DNA of 64,000 nucleotides from Burkholderiaceae bacterium (lineage in GTDB: Bacteria > Pseudomonadota > Gammaproteobacteria > Burkholderiales > Burkholderiaceae_F). Below, one piece after another: positions 49,835 through 58,400 of the stretch. Position numbers and translations under genes: made by a program. Every line of letters begins with the position of its first letter. Within the stretch, counting starts at the first letter, position 1. Below the pieces are notes generated by a model. It saw only the letters and a list, made by a program, of their open reading frames with translations, searched no databases and was not told where the DNA came from. The DNA is taken from the NCBI GenBank assembly GCA_036270655.1, contig DATBCD010000025.1, positions 20,827-84,826 of the forward strand, in the 5' to 3' direction.

Positions 49835-50509
49835 ATGCCCACGGTGCTCGTAGTCGGCGCAACCCGCGGCATCGGACTGGAATTCGCGCGCCAGTACGCG
49901 GCCGACGGCGCCCGCGTGTTCGCGACTTTCCGCCGCCCGCAGGACGCCGAGGCGTTGCGCCAGCTCGGCGCGCGCGCCCTGCCGCTGGACGCGCTGGATC
50001 CCGATTCGGTCGCGGCGCTCGGCCAGCAGCTGGACGGACAACCGCTCGACCTCGTGCTGCTGGTGGCCGGCGTCTACGGTCCCGACACCACCGATCTGGC
50101 TCCGCCATCGCGCGAGCAGTTCGACGAAGTGATGCACACGAATGTGCTGGCGCCGATGCAGCTGATTTCGCTGCTGGGGCAGAACCTGGAGGCGGCGCAG
50201 GGCAAGCTGGCCGCGCTCTCGAGCCGGATGGGATCGATCGGGTTGGCGACCGGGACCGATGCGTGGTTGTACCGCGCCAGCAAAGCGGCGCTGAACAGCG
50301 TGATCAAGACCGCCAGCATCCAGCTGGGCGCGCGCGGGGTGGTCTGCATGGCCCTGAGCCCGGGCTGGGTGCGTACGGATATGGGCGGCCCGTCGGCCAG
50401 GCTCGACGTGCGCGACAGCGTGACCGCCTTGCGGCGCGTGATCGCTGCCGCCAACCGATCGCACAATGGACGCTTCCTGCACTATACCGGCGAACAGCTG
50501 GAGTGGTGA
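49835..50509 (+). CDS. SDR family oxidoreductase (short, CsgA-like)
   Basis: VLVVGATRGIGLEFARQY (TGxxxGxG variant), YRASKAA (YxxxK). Confidence 0.8.
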   Translation: MPTVLVVGATRGIGLEFARQYAADGARVFATFRRPQDAEALRQLGARALPLDALDPDSVAALGQQLDGQPLDLVLLVAGVYGPDTTDLAPPSREQFDEVMHTNVLAPMQLISLLGQNLEAAQGKLAALSSRMGSIGLATGTDAWLYRASKAALNSVIKTASIQLGARGVVCMALSPGWVRTDMGGPSARLDVRDSVTALRRVIAAANRSHNGRFLHYTGEQLEW

Positions 50510-50558
50510 CCGGCGCACCGCGCGGTAAACTGGCGCCCGGCTGATCTTCCGCGAGACT

Positions 50559-50984
50559 ATGTCGGCTGCCACGATCGCATCGCTGGTCTTTTTCGTCATC
50601 TCGCTGATCGCGGCCGGCGCCGTCGAGTTCCTGATCAAGAAGGTCGCCGAAGGGTCCGGCGTGAACCCGTGGGTCTTCGCGATGGTGCCGGCGCTGCTGG
50701 CGATGCTGTATTCGCTGATCGTCTACCAGAACGCCGAACGCAAGATCCGCCGGCTGGGCGAGTCCGTATCGCGCGCCATCCTGGTGATGCTGCTCACCTG
50801 GGTCTCGTTCGCGGTGATGATCACCTGGACCTGGTGCCAGCATCGGGATTTCGGCTCCTGCCTGGGCACGATGCTGCTCGCGTCGGGCGTGGTCGGCGGC
50901 GGACCGATGCTGCTGGGCGCGCTGGGCGCCGGTATCCTCACCGGCGTGCTGATCATCCGCCGACCCAAGCCCCGCATCGAGTAG
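50559..50984 (+). CDS. hypothetical 4-TM membrane protein
   Basis: 141 aa, four hydrophobic segments, high GC3. No family recognised. Confidence 0.6.
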   Translation: MSAATIASLVFFVISLIAAGAVEFLIKKVAEGSGVNPWVFAMVPALLAMLYSLIVYQNAERKIRRLGESVSRAILVMLLTWVSFAVMITWTWCQHRDFGSCLGTMLLASGVVGGGPMLLGALGAGILTGVLIIRRPKPRIE

Positions 50985-50994
50985 GCCCTCAGAC

Positions 50995-51795
50995 ATGGAC
51001 AGCAAGCCCGACGCGCCGACGCTCGATTCGACGGTCCGATTTTCGGGGCGGGCGCAGGCGTATGCCAGCGGCCGGCCCGGCTACCCGGCGCAAATCGCCA
51101 CCCATCTGGTGCGCGAGCTCGATTTATCAGCCGACGCCGTGATCGTCGACCTGGGCAGCGGCACCGGGCTGTCGTCGCGGATCTTTCTGCAGGCCGGCTT
51201 CCGGGTCATCGGGGTCGAGCCAAACGCCTCGATGCGGGCACAGGCCGAGCACGCCCTGGCCGATCTGCCGGCCTTTCGCAGCGTGGCCGGCAGCGCCCAG
51301 GCGACCACGCTGGCGAGCGCCAGCGCCGATTGCGTGATCGCCGCGCAGGCTTTCCACTGGTTCGATGTGGACGCGACCCGCACCGAGGCGCTGCGCATCC
51401 TGCGCGGCCCGCCCCGCGCCGCGTTGATCTGGAATGTGCGGCGCACGCAGGACAGCGATTTTTCCCGCCGTTATGAACAGCTGCTGCTCGAATACGGAGG
51501 CGAGTACCCGCGGATCCGCGAGCGCCACACCGACGAGGGCTCGATCGGGGCCTTCTTCGGCGGCTCGCACTGGCGTCGCACGGATTTCGAACACGCGACC
51601 GAGCTGGACTTCGACCTGCTGGCCGCCCGCGTGAGCTCCACCTCGTACCTGCCGGCGCCGGATCACAGCGGCCACGCGCCCATGATGAAGGCGCTGCGCC
51701 AGTTGTTCGACTCGACCCAGCGCGACGGGCGCGTCCTGATGCAATACGATGCGCGTGTGTACTCCGGCGTGATCCACGCCGCACAAACGGCGTAA
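50995..51795 (+). CDS. class I SAM-dependent methyltransferase
   Basis: Motif I VIVDLGSGTGLSSRIF, post-I FRVIGVEPN. Confidence 0.8.
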   Translation: MDSKPDAPTLDSTVRFSGRAQAYASGRPGYPAQIATHLVRELDLSADAVIVDLGSGTGLSSRIFLQAGFRVIGVEPNASMRAQAEHALADLPAFRSVAGSAQATTLASASADCVIAAQAFHWFDVDATRTEALRILRGPPRAALIWNVRRTQDSDFSRRYEQLLLEYGGEYPRIRERHTDEGSIGAFFGGSHWRRTDFEHATELDFDLLAARVSSTSYLPAPDHSGHAPMMKALRQLFDSTQRDGRVLMQYDARVYSGVIHAAQTA

Positions 51796-51798
51796 TCG

Positions 51799-52401
51799 AT
51801 GGCCGCACCGATCGAGTTCTATTTCGACTTTTCATCGCCCTATTCGTACCTGGCCTCCGAGTGCATCGAGGCGCTGGCAGCCCGCTATGGGCGCGGCGTC
51901 GACTACAAGGCGATCCTGCTGGGCGCCGCCTTCAAGGTTTCCGGCGTGCGTCCTCTGGCCGAAGTGCCGCTGAAGGGCGAATACTCCAAGCGCGATTTCG
52001 AGCGCAGCGCGCGCCTGGCCGGGGTGCCGTTCATGCTGCCGGAGCCGTTTCCGATATCGACCGTCGGGGCCGCGCGCGCGCTGCTATGGCTGGGCGAGGC
52101 CGATCCTGAGCTTGCCCGGGCGTTCCTGCATGCGGCCTTCCGGGCCTATTTCGGCGCCGGGCGCAACATCGCGGACGCTGCGGTGCTGGCCGACGTGCTG
52201 CGCCAGGTCGGGGCCGACCCTGAGCAGGTTCTGGCCGCGATCCAGCAGCCCGACATCAAGGAACGCCTCAAGGCGCTGGTGGATTCCGCGCTGGCGCGTG
52301 GCGTGTTCGGTGCTCCTTTCATTTTCGTCGATGGCGAACCTTTCTGGGGCCATGACCGGCTGCCGCAAGTCGAGCGGTGGCTTGCGACGGGTCCGTTTTG
52401 A
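51799..52401 (+). CDS. 2-hydroxychromene-2-carboxylate isomerase (DsbA-like/kappa-GST fold)
   Basis: IEFYFDFSSPYSYLA N-terminus, ...GVFGAPFIFVDGEPFWGHDRL C-terminus. Confidence 0.75.
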   Translation: MAAPIEFYFDFSSPYSYLASECIEALAARYGRGVDYKAILLGAAFKVSGVRPLAEVPLKGEYSKRDFERSARLAGVPFMLPEPFPISTVGAARALLWLGEADPELARAFLHAAFRAYFGAGRNIADAAVLADVLRQVGADPEQVLAAIQQPDIKERLKALVDSALARGVFGAPFIFVDGEPFWGHDRLPQVERWLATGPF

Positions 52402-52414
52402 AGACCCGCCGACC

Positions 52415-53662
52415 ATGAGTTCGCGGCGGCCGGCGGTCGCGTTCATCATGGTGACGTCGCTGCTCGACGTGATCGGCATCGGTCTGATCATTCCAATCAT
52501 GCCGATCCTGGTCGGCGAGTTCACCAGCAGCCGTGACGCACAAGCCTACTGGTACGGGGCCGTGGCCGTCACCTATGGTGCGTTCCAGTTCCTGTGCGCG
52601 CCGCTGCTGGGCGCGCTGTCGGACCGGTTCGGGCGCCGTCCGCTGCTGCTGCTTGGAATCGCAGGGTTGGGGGCGACATTCCTGCTGACCGCGCTGGCGC
52701 GTTCGCTGTGGGTGATCGTCGCGGCTCGCGTGCTCGGCGGCGGGTTGTCGGCCAATTTCGCGGTCGGCCAGGCGTACGTGGCCGACATCACGCCGCCGGA
52801 GCAGCGCACTCAGGCGCTGGGCAAGCTCGGCGCCATGTTCGGCATCGGCTTCGTGCTCGGGCCGATGCTGGGGGGCCTGCTGGGCAGCATCGATCTGCGC
52901 CTGCCGCTGTTCGCGGCCGCCGGCCTGAGCGCGGTCAACTGGCTTTACGGGCTGCTGGTGCTGCCCGAATCGCTGCCGGCGCACCAGCGCCAGCCGCTTT
53001 CGCTGGCGCGCGCCAACCCACTGACCGCGCTGGCCGGCGTCAGCCGGCTGCGCGGGGTCGGCGCGCTGGTGACGGCGTTCGCGTTCACGGCCCTGGCACA
53101 GTGGATGCTGCAGATGACCTGGGTGCTTTATACGAACTTCAAGTTCGGCTGGGGCCCGCGGGAAAGCGGCCTTTCGTTGTTCGTGGTCGGGCTGGTCGCC
53201 GTGGTCGTGCAGGGTGGACTGCTGGGCCGGCTGATTCGCGTGCTCGGAGAGCGCCGCTTGATCCTGGCCGGGATGCTGTCGGGCGCGCTCGCCTACGCCG
53301 GCTACGGGCTGGCCACCCGAGGCTGGATGCTGTACGCGATCATCGCGTGCAATTTCCTGGCCATGGGGTCGGTGGTAACGATCCAGGGCATCGTATCCAA
53401 GGCGGCCCCGCCGGAGGAGCAGGGCCGCGTGATGGGCACCCTGTCCTCGCTGGCCAGCCTGATGGCGGTGATAGCGCCGATCATCGGCAATTCCGTGCTG
53501 GCCCAGGTCAGCTTCCTGCCGACCTCGGACTGGAGGGTCGGTGCTCCATTTTTTCTGGCGTCGTCGCTGCAGGTGCTGGCGCTGGCGATCGCGTGGCGGC
53601 ATTTTGCCGAGCATCGCGGCAGCGGGGCCGCGAACGCTTCGGTGGAGCAGACAGGCTCGTGA
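52415..53662 (+). CDS. MFS transporter, TetA-like (DHA1) efflux pump
   Basis: Start trimmed to ATG 52415. [18 protein letters not shown] and [14 protein letters not shown] (MFS motif A). Confidence 0.8.
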   Translation: MSSRRPAVAFIMVTSLLDVIGIGLIIPIMPILVGEFTSSRDAQAYWYGAVAVTYGAFQFLCAPLLGALSDRFGRRPLLLLGIAGLGATFLLTALARSLWVIVAARVLGGGLSANFAVGQAYVADITPPEQRTQALGKLGAMFGIGFVLGPMLGGLLGSIDLRLPLFAAAGLSAVNWLYGLLVLPESLPAHQRQPLSLARANPLTALAGVSRLRGVGALVTAFAFTALAQWMLQMTWVLYTNFKFGWGPRESGLSLFVVGLVAVVVQGGLLGRLIRVLGERRLILAGMLSGALAYAGYGLATRGWMLYAIIACNFLAMGSVVTIQGIVSKAAPPEEQGRVMGTLSSLASLMAVIAPIIGNSVLAQVSFLPTSDWRVGAPFFLASSLQVLALAIAWRHFAEHRGSGAANASVEQTGS

Positions 53663-55266
53663 GCGTGCTCGAGACCCGGATCGACCGCGGCAGCGAGTCG
53701 TTCGCTCGCGCCCGGCAGGCGATGGCTGCCCTGGTCGAGAATCTGCGCGCCAAGGTCGGCCGGATCGCGCTCGGCGGCGACGAGGCCTCCCGCGCCCGCC
53801 ATGTGGCGCGCGGCAAGCTGCTTCCGCGCGAGCGCGTGCAACTGCTGCTCGATCCGGGGGCACCGTTCCTGGAGCTGTCGCAGCTGGCCGCGCTGGATAT
53901 GTACGACGGCGAAGCCCCTGGGGCGGGGCTGATCACCGGTATCGGGCGCGTCAGCGGCCGCGAATGTGTGATCGTGTGCAACGACGCCACGGTCAAGGGA
54001 GGAACGTATTTCCCGATCACCGTGAAGAAGCACCTGCGGGCCCAGGAAATCGCCCGGGAAAACCGCCTGCCCTGCGTGTACCTGGTCGATTCCGGCGGAG
54101 CCAATCTGCCGAACCAGGACGAGGTGTTCCCGGACCGCGATCACTTCGGTCGGATCTTCTACAACCAGGCGACGCTGTCGGCGCAGGGCATCGCCCAGAT
54201 TGCGGTCGTGATGGGCTCGTGCACCGCGGGCGGGGCGTACGTGCCGGCGATGAGCGACGAGGCCATCATCGTGCGCAACCAGGGAACGATCTTCCTGGGC
54301 GGTCCGCCGCTGGTGAAAGCGGCCACCGGCGAAACGGTCACTGCCGAGGAGCTCGGAGGCGGGGATGTGCATACGCGCCTGTCGGGCGTGGCCGACCACC
54401 TGGCGCACGACGACCGGCATGCGCTGGCGCTGGCGCGCCGGATCGTGGCGCGCCTCGGCCCACGCCAGCGGGCTTCGGTTGCGCTGCGCGATCCGGCGCC
54501 CCCGCTGCACGATCCGCAGGATCTGTATGGAGTCGTGCCGACCGACGTGCGCCAGCCTTATGACGCTCGCGAGCTGATCGCGCGCATCGTCGACGGCAGC
54601 GAATTCGACGAATTCAAGGCGCGTTTCGGCACCACGCTGGTGACCGGGTTCGCGTGGATCCACGGCATTCCCGTCGGGATCCTGGCCAACAACGGGATCC
54701 TGTTCTCCGACAGCGCGCAAAAGGGCACGCATTTCATCGAGCTGTGCTGCCAGCGCGAAACGCCGCTGGTGTTCCTGCAGAACATCACCGGATTCATGGT
54801 CGGGCGCAAGGTTGAGGCCGAGGGCATCGCGCGCCATGGTGCCAAGCTGGTGGCCGCGGTCGCCTGTGCGCAGGTGCCCAAGTTCACGCTGATCGTCGGA
54901 GGCTCGTTCGGCGCCGGCAACTACGGCATGTGCGGGCGTGCGTACTCGCCGCGCCTGCTGTGGATGTGGCCCAACGCGCGTATCTCGGTGATGGGCGGGG
55001 AGCAGGCCGCCAGCGTGCTCGCCACGGTGCGGCGCGACGGTCTCGAGGCGCGCGGCGCCGCCTGGTCGCGCGAGGAGGAGGAGGCGTTCCGGGCTCCGAT
55101 CCTGGCCCAATACGAGCGCCAGGGGCACCCGTACTACGCATCGGCCCGGTTGTGGGACGACGGCGTGATTGATCCGCTCGATACGCGCATGTGCCTGGCG
55201 CTGGGGCTGTCAGCCTCGCTCAATGCGCCGATCGAGCCGACCCGTTTGCCTGTGCTGCGGATCTGA
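53659..55266 (+). CDS. liuB: methylcrotonyl-CoA carboxylase, carboxyltransferase (beta) subunit
   Basis: GTG 53659 overlaps the MFS stop. [33 protein letters not shown], carboxyltransferase N and C domains. 535 aa. Confidence 0.88.
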   Translation: MSVLETRIDRGSESFARARQAMAALVENLRAKVGRIALGGDEASRARHVARGKLLPRERVQLLLDPGAPFLELSQLAALDMYDGEAPGAGLITGIGRVSGRECVIVCNDATVKGGTYFPITVKKHLRAQEIARENRLPCVYLVDSGGANLPNQDEVFPDRDHFGRIFYNQATLSAQGIAQIAVVMGSCTAGGAYVPAMSDEAIIVRNQGTIFLGGPPLVKAATGETVTAEELGGGDVHTRLSGVADHLAHDDRHALALARRIVARLGPRQRASVALRDPAPPLHDPQDLYGVVPTDVRQPYDARELIARIVDGSEFDEFKARFGTTLVTGFAWIHGIPVGILANNGILFSDSAQKGTHFIELCCQRETPLVFLQNITGFMVGRKVEAEGIARHGAKLVAAVACAQVPKFTLIVGGSFGAGNYGMCGRAYSPRLLWMWPNARISVMGGEQAASVLATVRRDGLEARGAAWSREEEEAFRAPILAQYERQGHPYYASARLWDDGVIDPLDTRMCLALGLSASLNAPIEPTRLPVLRI

Positions 55267-55566
55267 CGTCGCCCCGGCGCGATCCGGTTCCTGATGCACG
55301 GCTTTTCACCGGACACCTGCACGCGAGACTGGAGCAACTGCGGATCGCATCGGGTGCATCCGCGATACCGCAGGGCATGCCGCAAACCCGTTGAGGCTAC
55401 GGGGTTAATCCTCATGAGCGATGGTCGCGGCCGGCGTCGGCTGCTACGTTGACCGCCTCGAGTACCTGCTCGACTGGTCGATCACAACGGATTGCGACGC
55501 CCCGCGCAGTCGCAAAGCCGAAGAGCAGCTCGCCGCGCGACGTCCGGCGACATAAGGGGGAGATCC

Positions 55567-57063
55567 ATGTCTGCCGAGGTGCCTCGACCTGGCGCGAGCG
55601 TGCGCGCGGCGCTGGTTGCGCTGCTGAGCGTGGCCGTCGCGACCCGCGCCCACGCTGCCGCCGCATTGGCCTCCTACAACGTGGATCGCGCCCAGGTCTC
55701 GGTATCGGGCCTGTCCTCGGGCGGCTTTTTCGCGGTGCAACTGGGCGTCAGCTTCTCGTCGGTCTTCAAGGGCGTCGGCATCTTCGCCGGCGGCACCTAC
55801 GATTGCGCCGCGCAGGTCAATTACGCTTCCTGCATGTACAACGCGACGCCGCCGATCTCGCAGTCGATCGCCAACATGAAAAACTGGAGCGGCAACCGCA
55901 TCGACAACGTCGGCAACATCGCGAACCAGCGCATCTACCTGTTCACCGGGACCAGCGACACGACGGTCGGTCCGCACGTGACCGACCAGGTCTACCAGCT
56001 GTACACCGGGACGGGGCACTTCGTGTCGGCCGCCAACGTGAAGTACGACAACACCAACAGCGCTGTCCATACCTTCCCAACCGACTTCGACGGCGCCGGC
56101 GACAACGCCTGCAACGTCTCGATCTCGCCGTACATCAGCAACTGCCACTTCGACGGCGCTGGAGCGGCGTTGCAATGGATCCACGGCGCGCTTAATCCAC
56201 GCAACGACGGCACCCTGGGCGGAAGCCTGCTGCAGTTCGACCAGACCGAATTCATCGCTGCGGGCCATGGGATGGACGCGACCGGCTGGCTGTACGTGCC
56301 GGCCCACTGCGCCGCCGGCCGCCAGTGCCGGCTGCACGTCGCGCTGCACGGGTGTCTGCAGGGGTATGCCAGCATCGGCCCGGATTTCCTCAACAACACC
56401 GGCTACAACCGCTGGGCCGATTCGAACGACATCATCGTGCTGTATCCGCAGGCCGTCGCGGACAGCGCGGTTCACACCACCGCCGCGAGCGGCTCGCTGC
56501 CGAATCCGAACGGCTGCTGGGACTGGATCGGCTGGTACGGTGCCGACTTCGACCGGAAGACCGGTGCCCAGGCCGGAGCGATCATGGCCATGGTCGATCG
56601 AATTCTGGCCGGGCAGGGCGGCCCCACGGGAGGCATCCCGCCGACCCCGGCCCAGGTCACCGTGACCGCCACGACCGGCGATTCGATCACGGTTGGCTGG
56701 ACCGCCAGCGCGGGTGCCACCTCCTACGACGTGTATCGGGACGATGGCAAGGTGCAATCGACCGGCGCGACGTCGTTCACCGATGGCGGGCTCGCCCCCG
56801 CCACGACCCACAGCTATGCGGTGTCGGCCCTGGACTCGGCCGGCGAAAGCGCCCGCTCCAGCGCGGTCAGCGGCACGACCGCGAGCGCAGTGCCTTACTC
56901 GCAGCAGGTCACCGCCACCGCACTCGGACACTATCTGGCCGGGCGGATCAACGTCGCGCAGTACGTGCAGTTGGGCCAGGAATACGGCTATCTGACGAAC
57001 TTCACGCTCTACCTGTGCGGTTCGATCTGGACCAATTCGCCGACCTGCGGCGCGCTGCACTGA
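55567..57063 (+). CDS. extracellular PHB depolymerase-type esterase (catalytic domain - Fn3 linker - substrate-binding domain)
   Basis: GGGGGAG SD. Signal peptide. Lipase box GLSSGG. Fn3-like VTVTATTGDSITVGWTASAGATSYDVYRD...HSYAVSALDSAGES. C-terminal A..H..AGR-type SBD ending in Cys. Confidence 0.7.
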   Translation: MSAEVPRPGASVRAALVALLSVAVATRAHAAAALASYNVDRAQVSVSGLSSGGFFAVQLGVSFSSVFKGVGIFAGGTYDCAAQVNYASCMYNATPPISQSIANMKNWSGNRIDNVGNIANQRIYLFTGTSDTTVGPHVTDQVYQLYTGTGHFVSAANVKYDNTNSAVHTFPTDFDGAGDNACNVSISPYISNCHFDGAGAALQWIHGALNPRNDGTLGGSLLQFDQTEFIAAGHGMDATGWLYVPAHCAAGRQCRLHVALHGCLQGYASIGPDFLNNTGYNRWADSNDIIVLYPQAVADSAVHTTAASGSLPNPNGCWDWIGWYGADFDRKTGAQAGAIMAMVDRILAGQGGPTGGIPPTPAQVTVTATTGDSITVGWTASAGATSYDVYRDDGKVQSTGATSFTDGGLAPATTHSYAVSALDSAGESARSSAVSGTTASAVPYSQQVTATALGHYLAGRINVAQYVQLGQEYGYLTNFTLYLCGSIWTNSPTCGALH

Positions 57064-57079
57064 CCCGTATCGAAACCGC

Positions 57080-57361
57080 TCAGCCTCGCTTGCGCGATGC
57101 CGCTCTGGCCTGCTTGAGCAGACCGGACGCGTTGGCAGGATCACGCAGCCAGATGCACAGTGCAACCGCCATGTTCTCGTCCATCGCGTCCACGATCGCG
57201 CGCTGACGATCGAGCTGACCTCGCTGCTCGATGACCCGCTGTGCGGCTGCCTTGATGGCGTCGGGGTCGACGTTCAATTCGTCAAGGCGCTTGACTTGCG
57301 CGGTGGCGAACGTCCACCGGCCAAACAGCGAGGTCAGTTCCGAATCGATTTCCGTGCTCAT
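57080..57361 (-). CDS. hypothetical 93-aa protein
   Basis: ATG 57361. High GC3. Helical, charged. The only minus-strand gene in the liu array. No clear SD. Confidence 0.5.
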   Translation of the reverse strand: MSTEIDSELTSLFGRWTFATAQVKRLDELNVDPDAIKAAAQRVIEQRGQLDRQRAIVDAMDENMAVALCIWLRDPANASGLLKQARAASRKRG

Positions 57362-57554
57362 CGGTGCATCGGCTTTCTGCTGTCGCGGCAGGTGGGGAGC
57401 CCGCCAGGCAAAACAAGCAGGTTCCAATTTAACCCAAACACCGGATGTCGTCCGAAGTCGATGCCGGCCTGGCAGCGCCAGGCCGGCTCCGGATAGTGTC
57501 CCGACTCGCATTTCTGTAGCATCGAGCCGCCTGCGGTGGGCAGCGGAGCCGGCG

Positions 57555-58391
57555 ATGACGCAGGGATTGCAGACGCTTCAGACGGAAGTGCGCGACGGCG
57601 TGGGGTTCGTCACGATGGCGCGCGAGCGCGTGCGCAACGCGTTCAACGAGTCGATGATCGAGGAGCTCGACGCGGCCTTCGGCGAGCTGGGCCGGAGCGC
57701 GCGCGTGCGCGCGATCGTGCTGGCGGGCCGCGGCCCGGTGTTCTGCGCCGGTGCCGACCTGGACTGGATGGCGCGGATGGCCGACTTCACCCCGGAGCAG
57801 AACCGGCGCGACGCGTTGCAGCTGGCTCGCATGCTGCGCACCATCTGCGAGTGTCCGAAGCCGACGATCGCGCGCGTCCACGGCGACGCTTACGGCGGCG
57901 GCCTGGGCCTGGTGGCGGCCTGCGACATGGCGTTTGCCGCGCGCGGCGCCACCTTCTGCCTGAGCGAAACGCGGCTCGGGCTGATCCCGGCGACGATCGG
58001 ACCGCACGTGGTTCGCGCGATCGGGCGGCGCAACGCGCTGCGCTACTTCCAGACCGCCGAGCGATTCGACAGTGCGGAGGCGCTGAGGATCGGACTGCTG
58101 CACGCGGTGCTCGCCCCCGAGCAGCTCGACGCCTGCATCGCCGGGGTGCTGGATGCGCTGTCTCAGACGAGCCTGCACGCCACGCGCGAGGCCAAGCGCC
58201 TGGTGCACGACGTCGCCGGCCGGCCGCTCACAGACCAGTTGCTGGCCGACACCGCGGAGCGCATCGCCGCGGTGCGCAGCTCGGACGATGGCCGGGAGGG
58301 GGTGCGCGCGTTTCTGCAGAAGCGCAAGCCGCAGTGGCAGGTCGGGCATCCGGACCCGCTGCCCGCCAGGGACGACGATGAAGAGATGTGA
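57555..58391 (+). CDS. liuC: methylglutaconyl-CoA hydratase (crotonase family)
   Basis: Start trimmed to ATG 57555. VTMARERVRNAF, GRGPVFCAGADL, GDAYGGGLGLVAACDMAFA. Positioned between the MCCase subunit genes. Confidence 0.8.
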   Translation: MTQGLQTLQTEVRDGVGFVTMARERVRNAFNESMIEELDAAFGELGRSARVRAIVLAGRGPVFCAGADLDWMARMADFTPEQNRRDALQLARMLRTICECPKPTIARVHGDAYGGGLGLVAACDMAFAARGATFCLSETRLGLIPATIGPHVVRAIGRRNALRYFQTAERFDSAEALRIGLLHAVLAPEQLDACIAGVLDALSQTSLHATREAKRLVHDVAGRPLTDQLLADTAERIAAVRSSDDGREGVRAFLQKRKPQWQVGHPDPLPARDDDEEM

Positions 58392-58400
58392 TTCGGGCAG

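Noticed and set aside
55383-55408. Imperfect hairpin AAACCCGT-tgaggct-ACGGGGTT after liuB, as a possible rho-independent terminator
   Set aside because: The stem has a mismatch and is only 5+2 bp, with no following U-tract. There is not enough support to annotate it.
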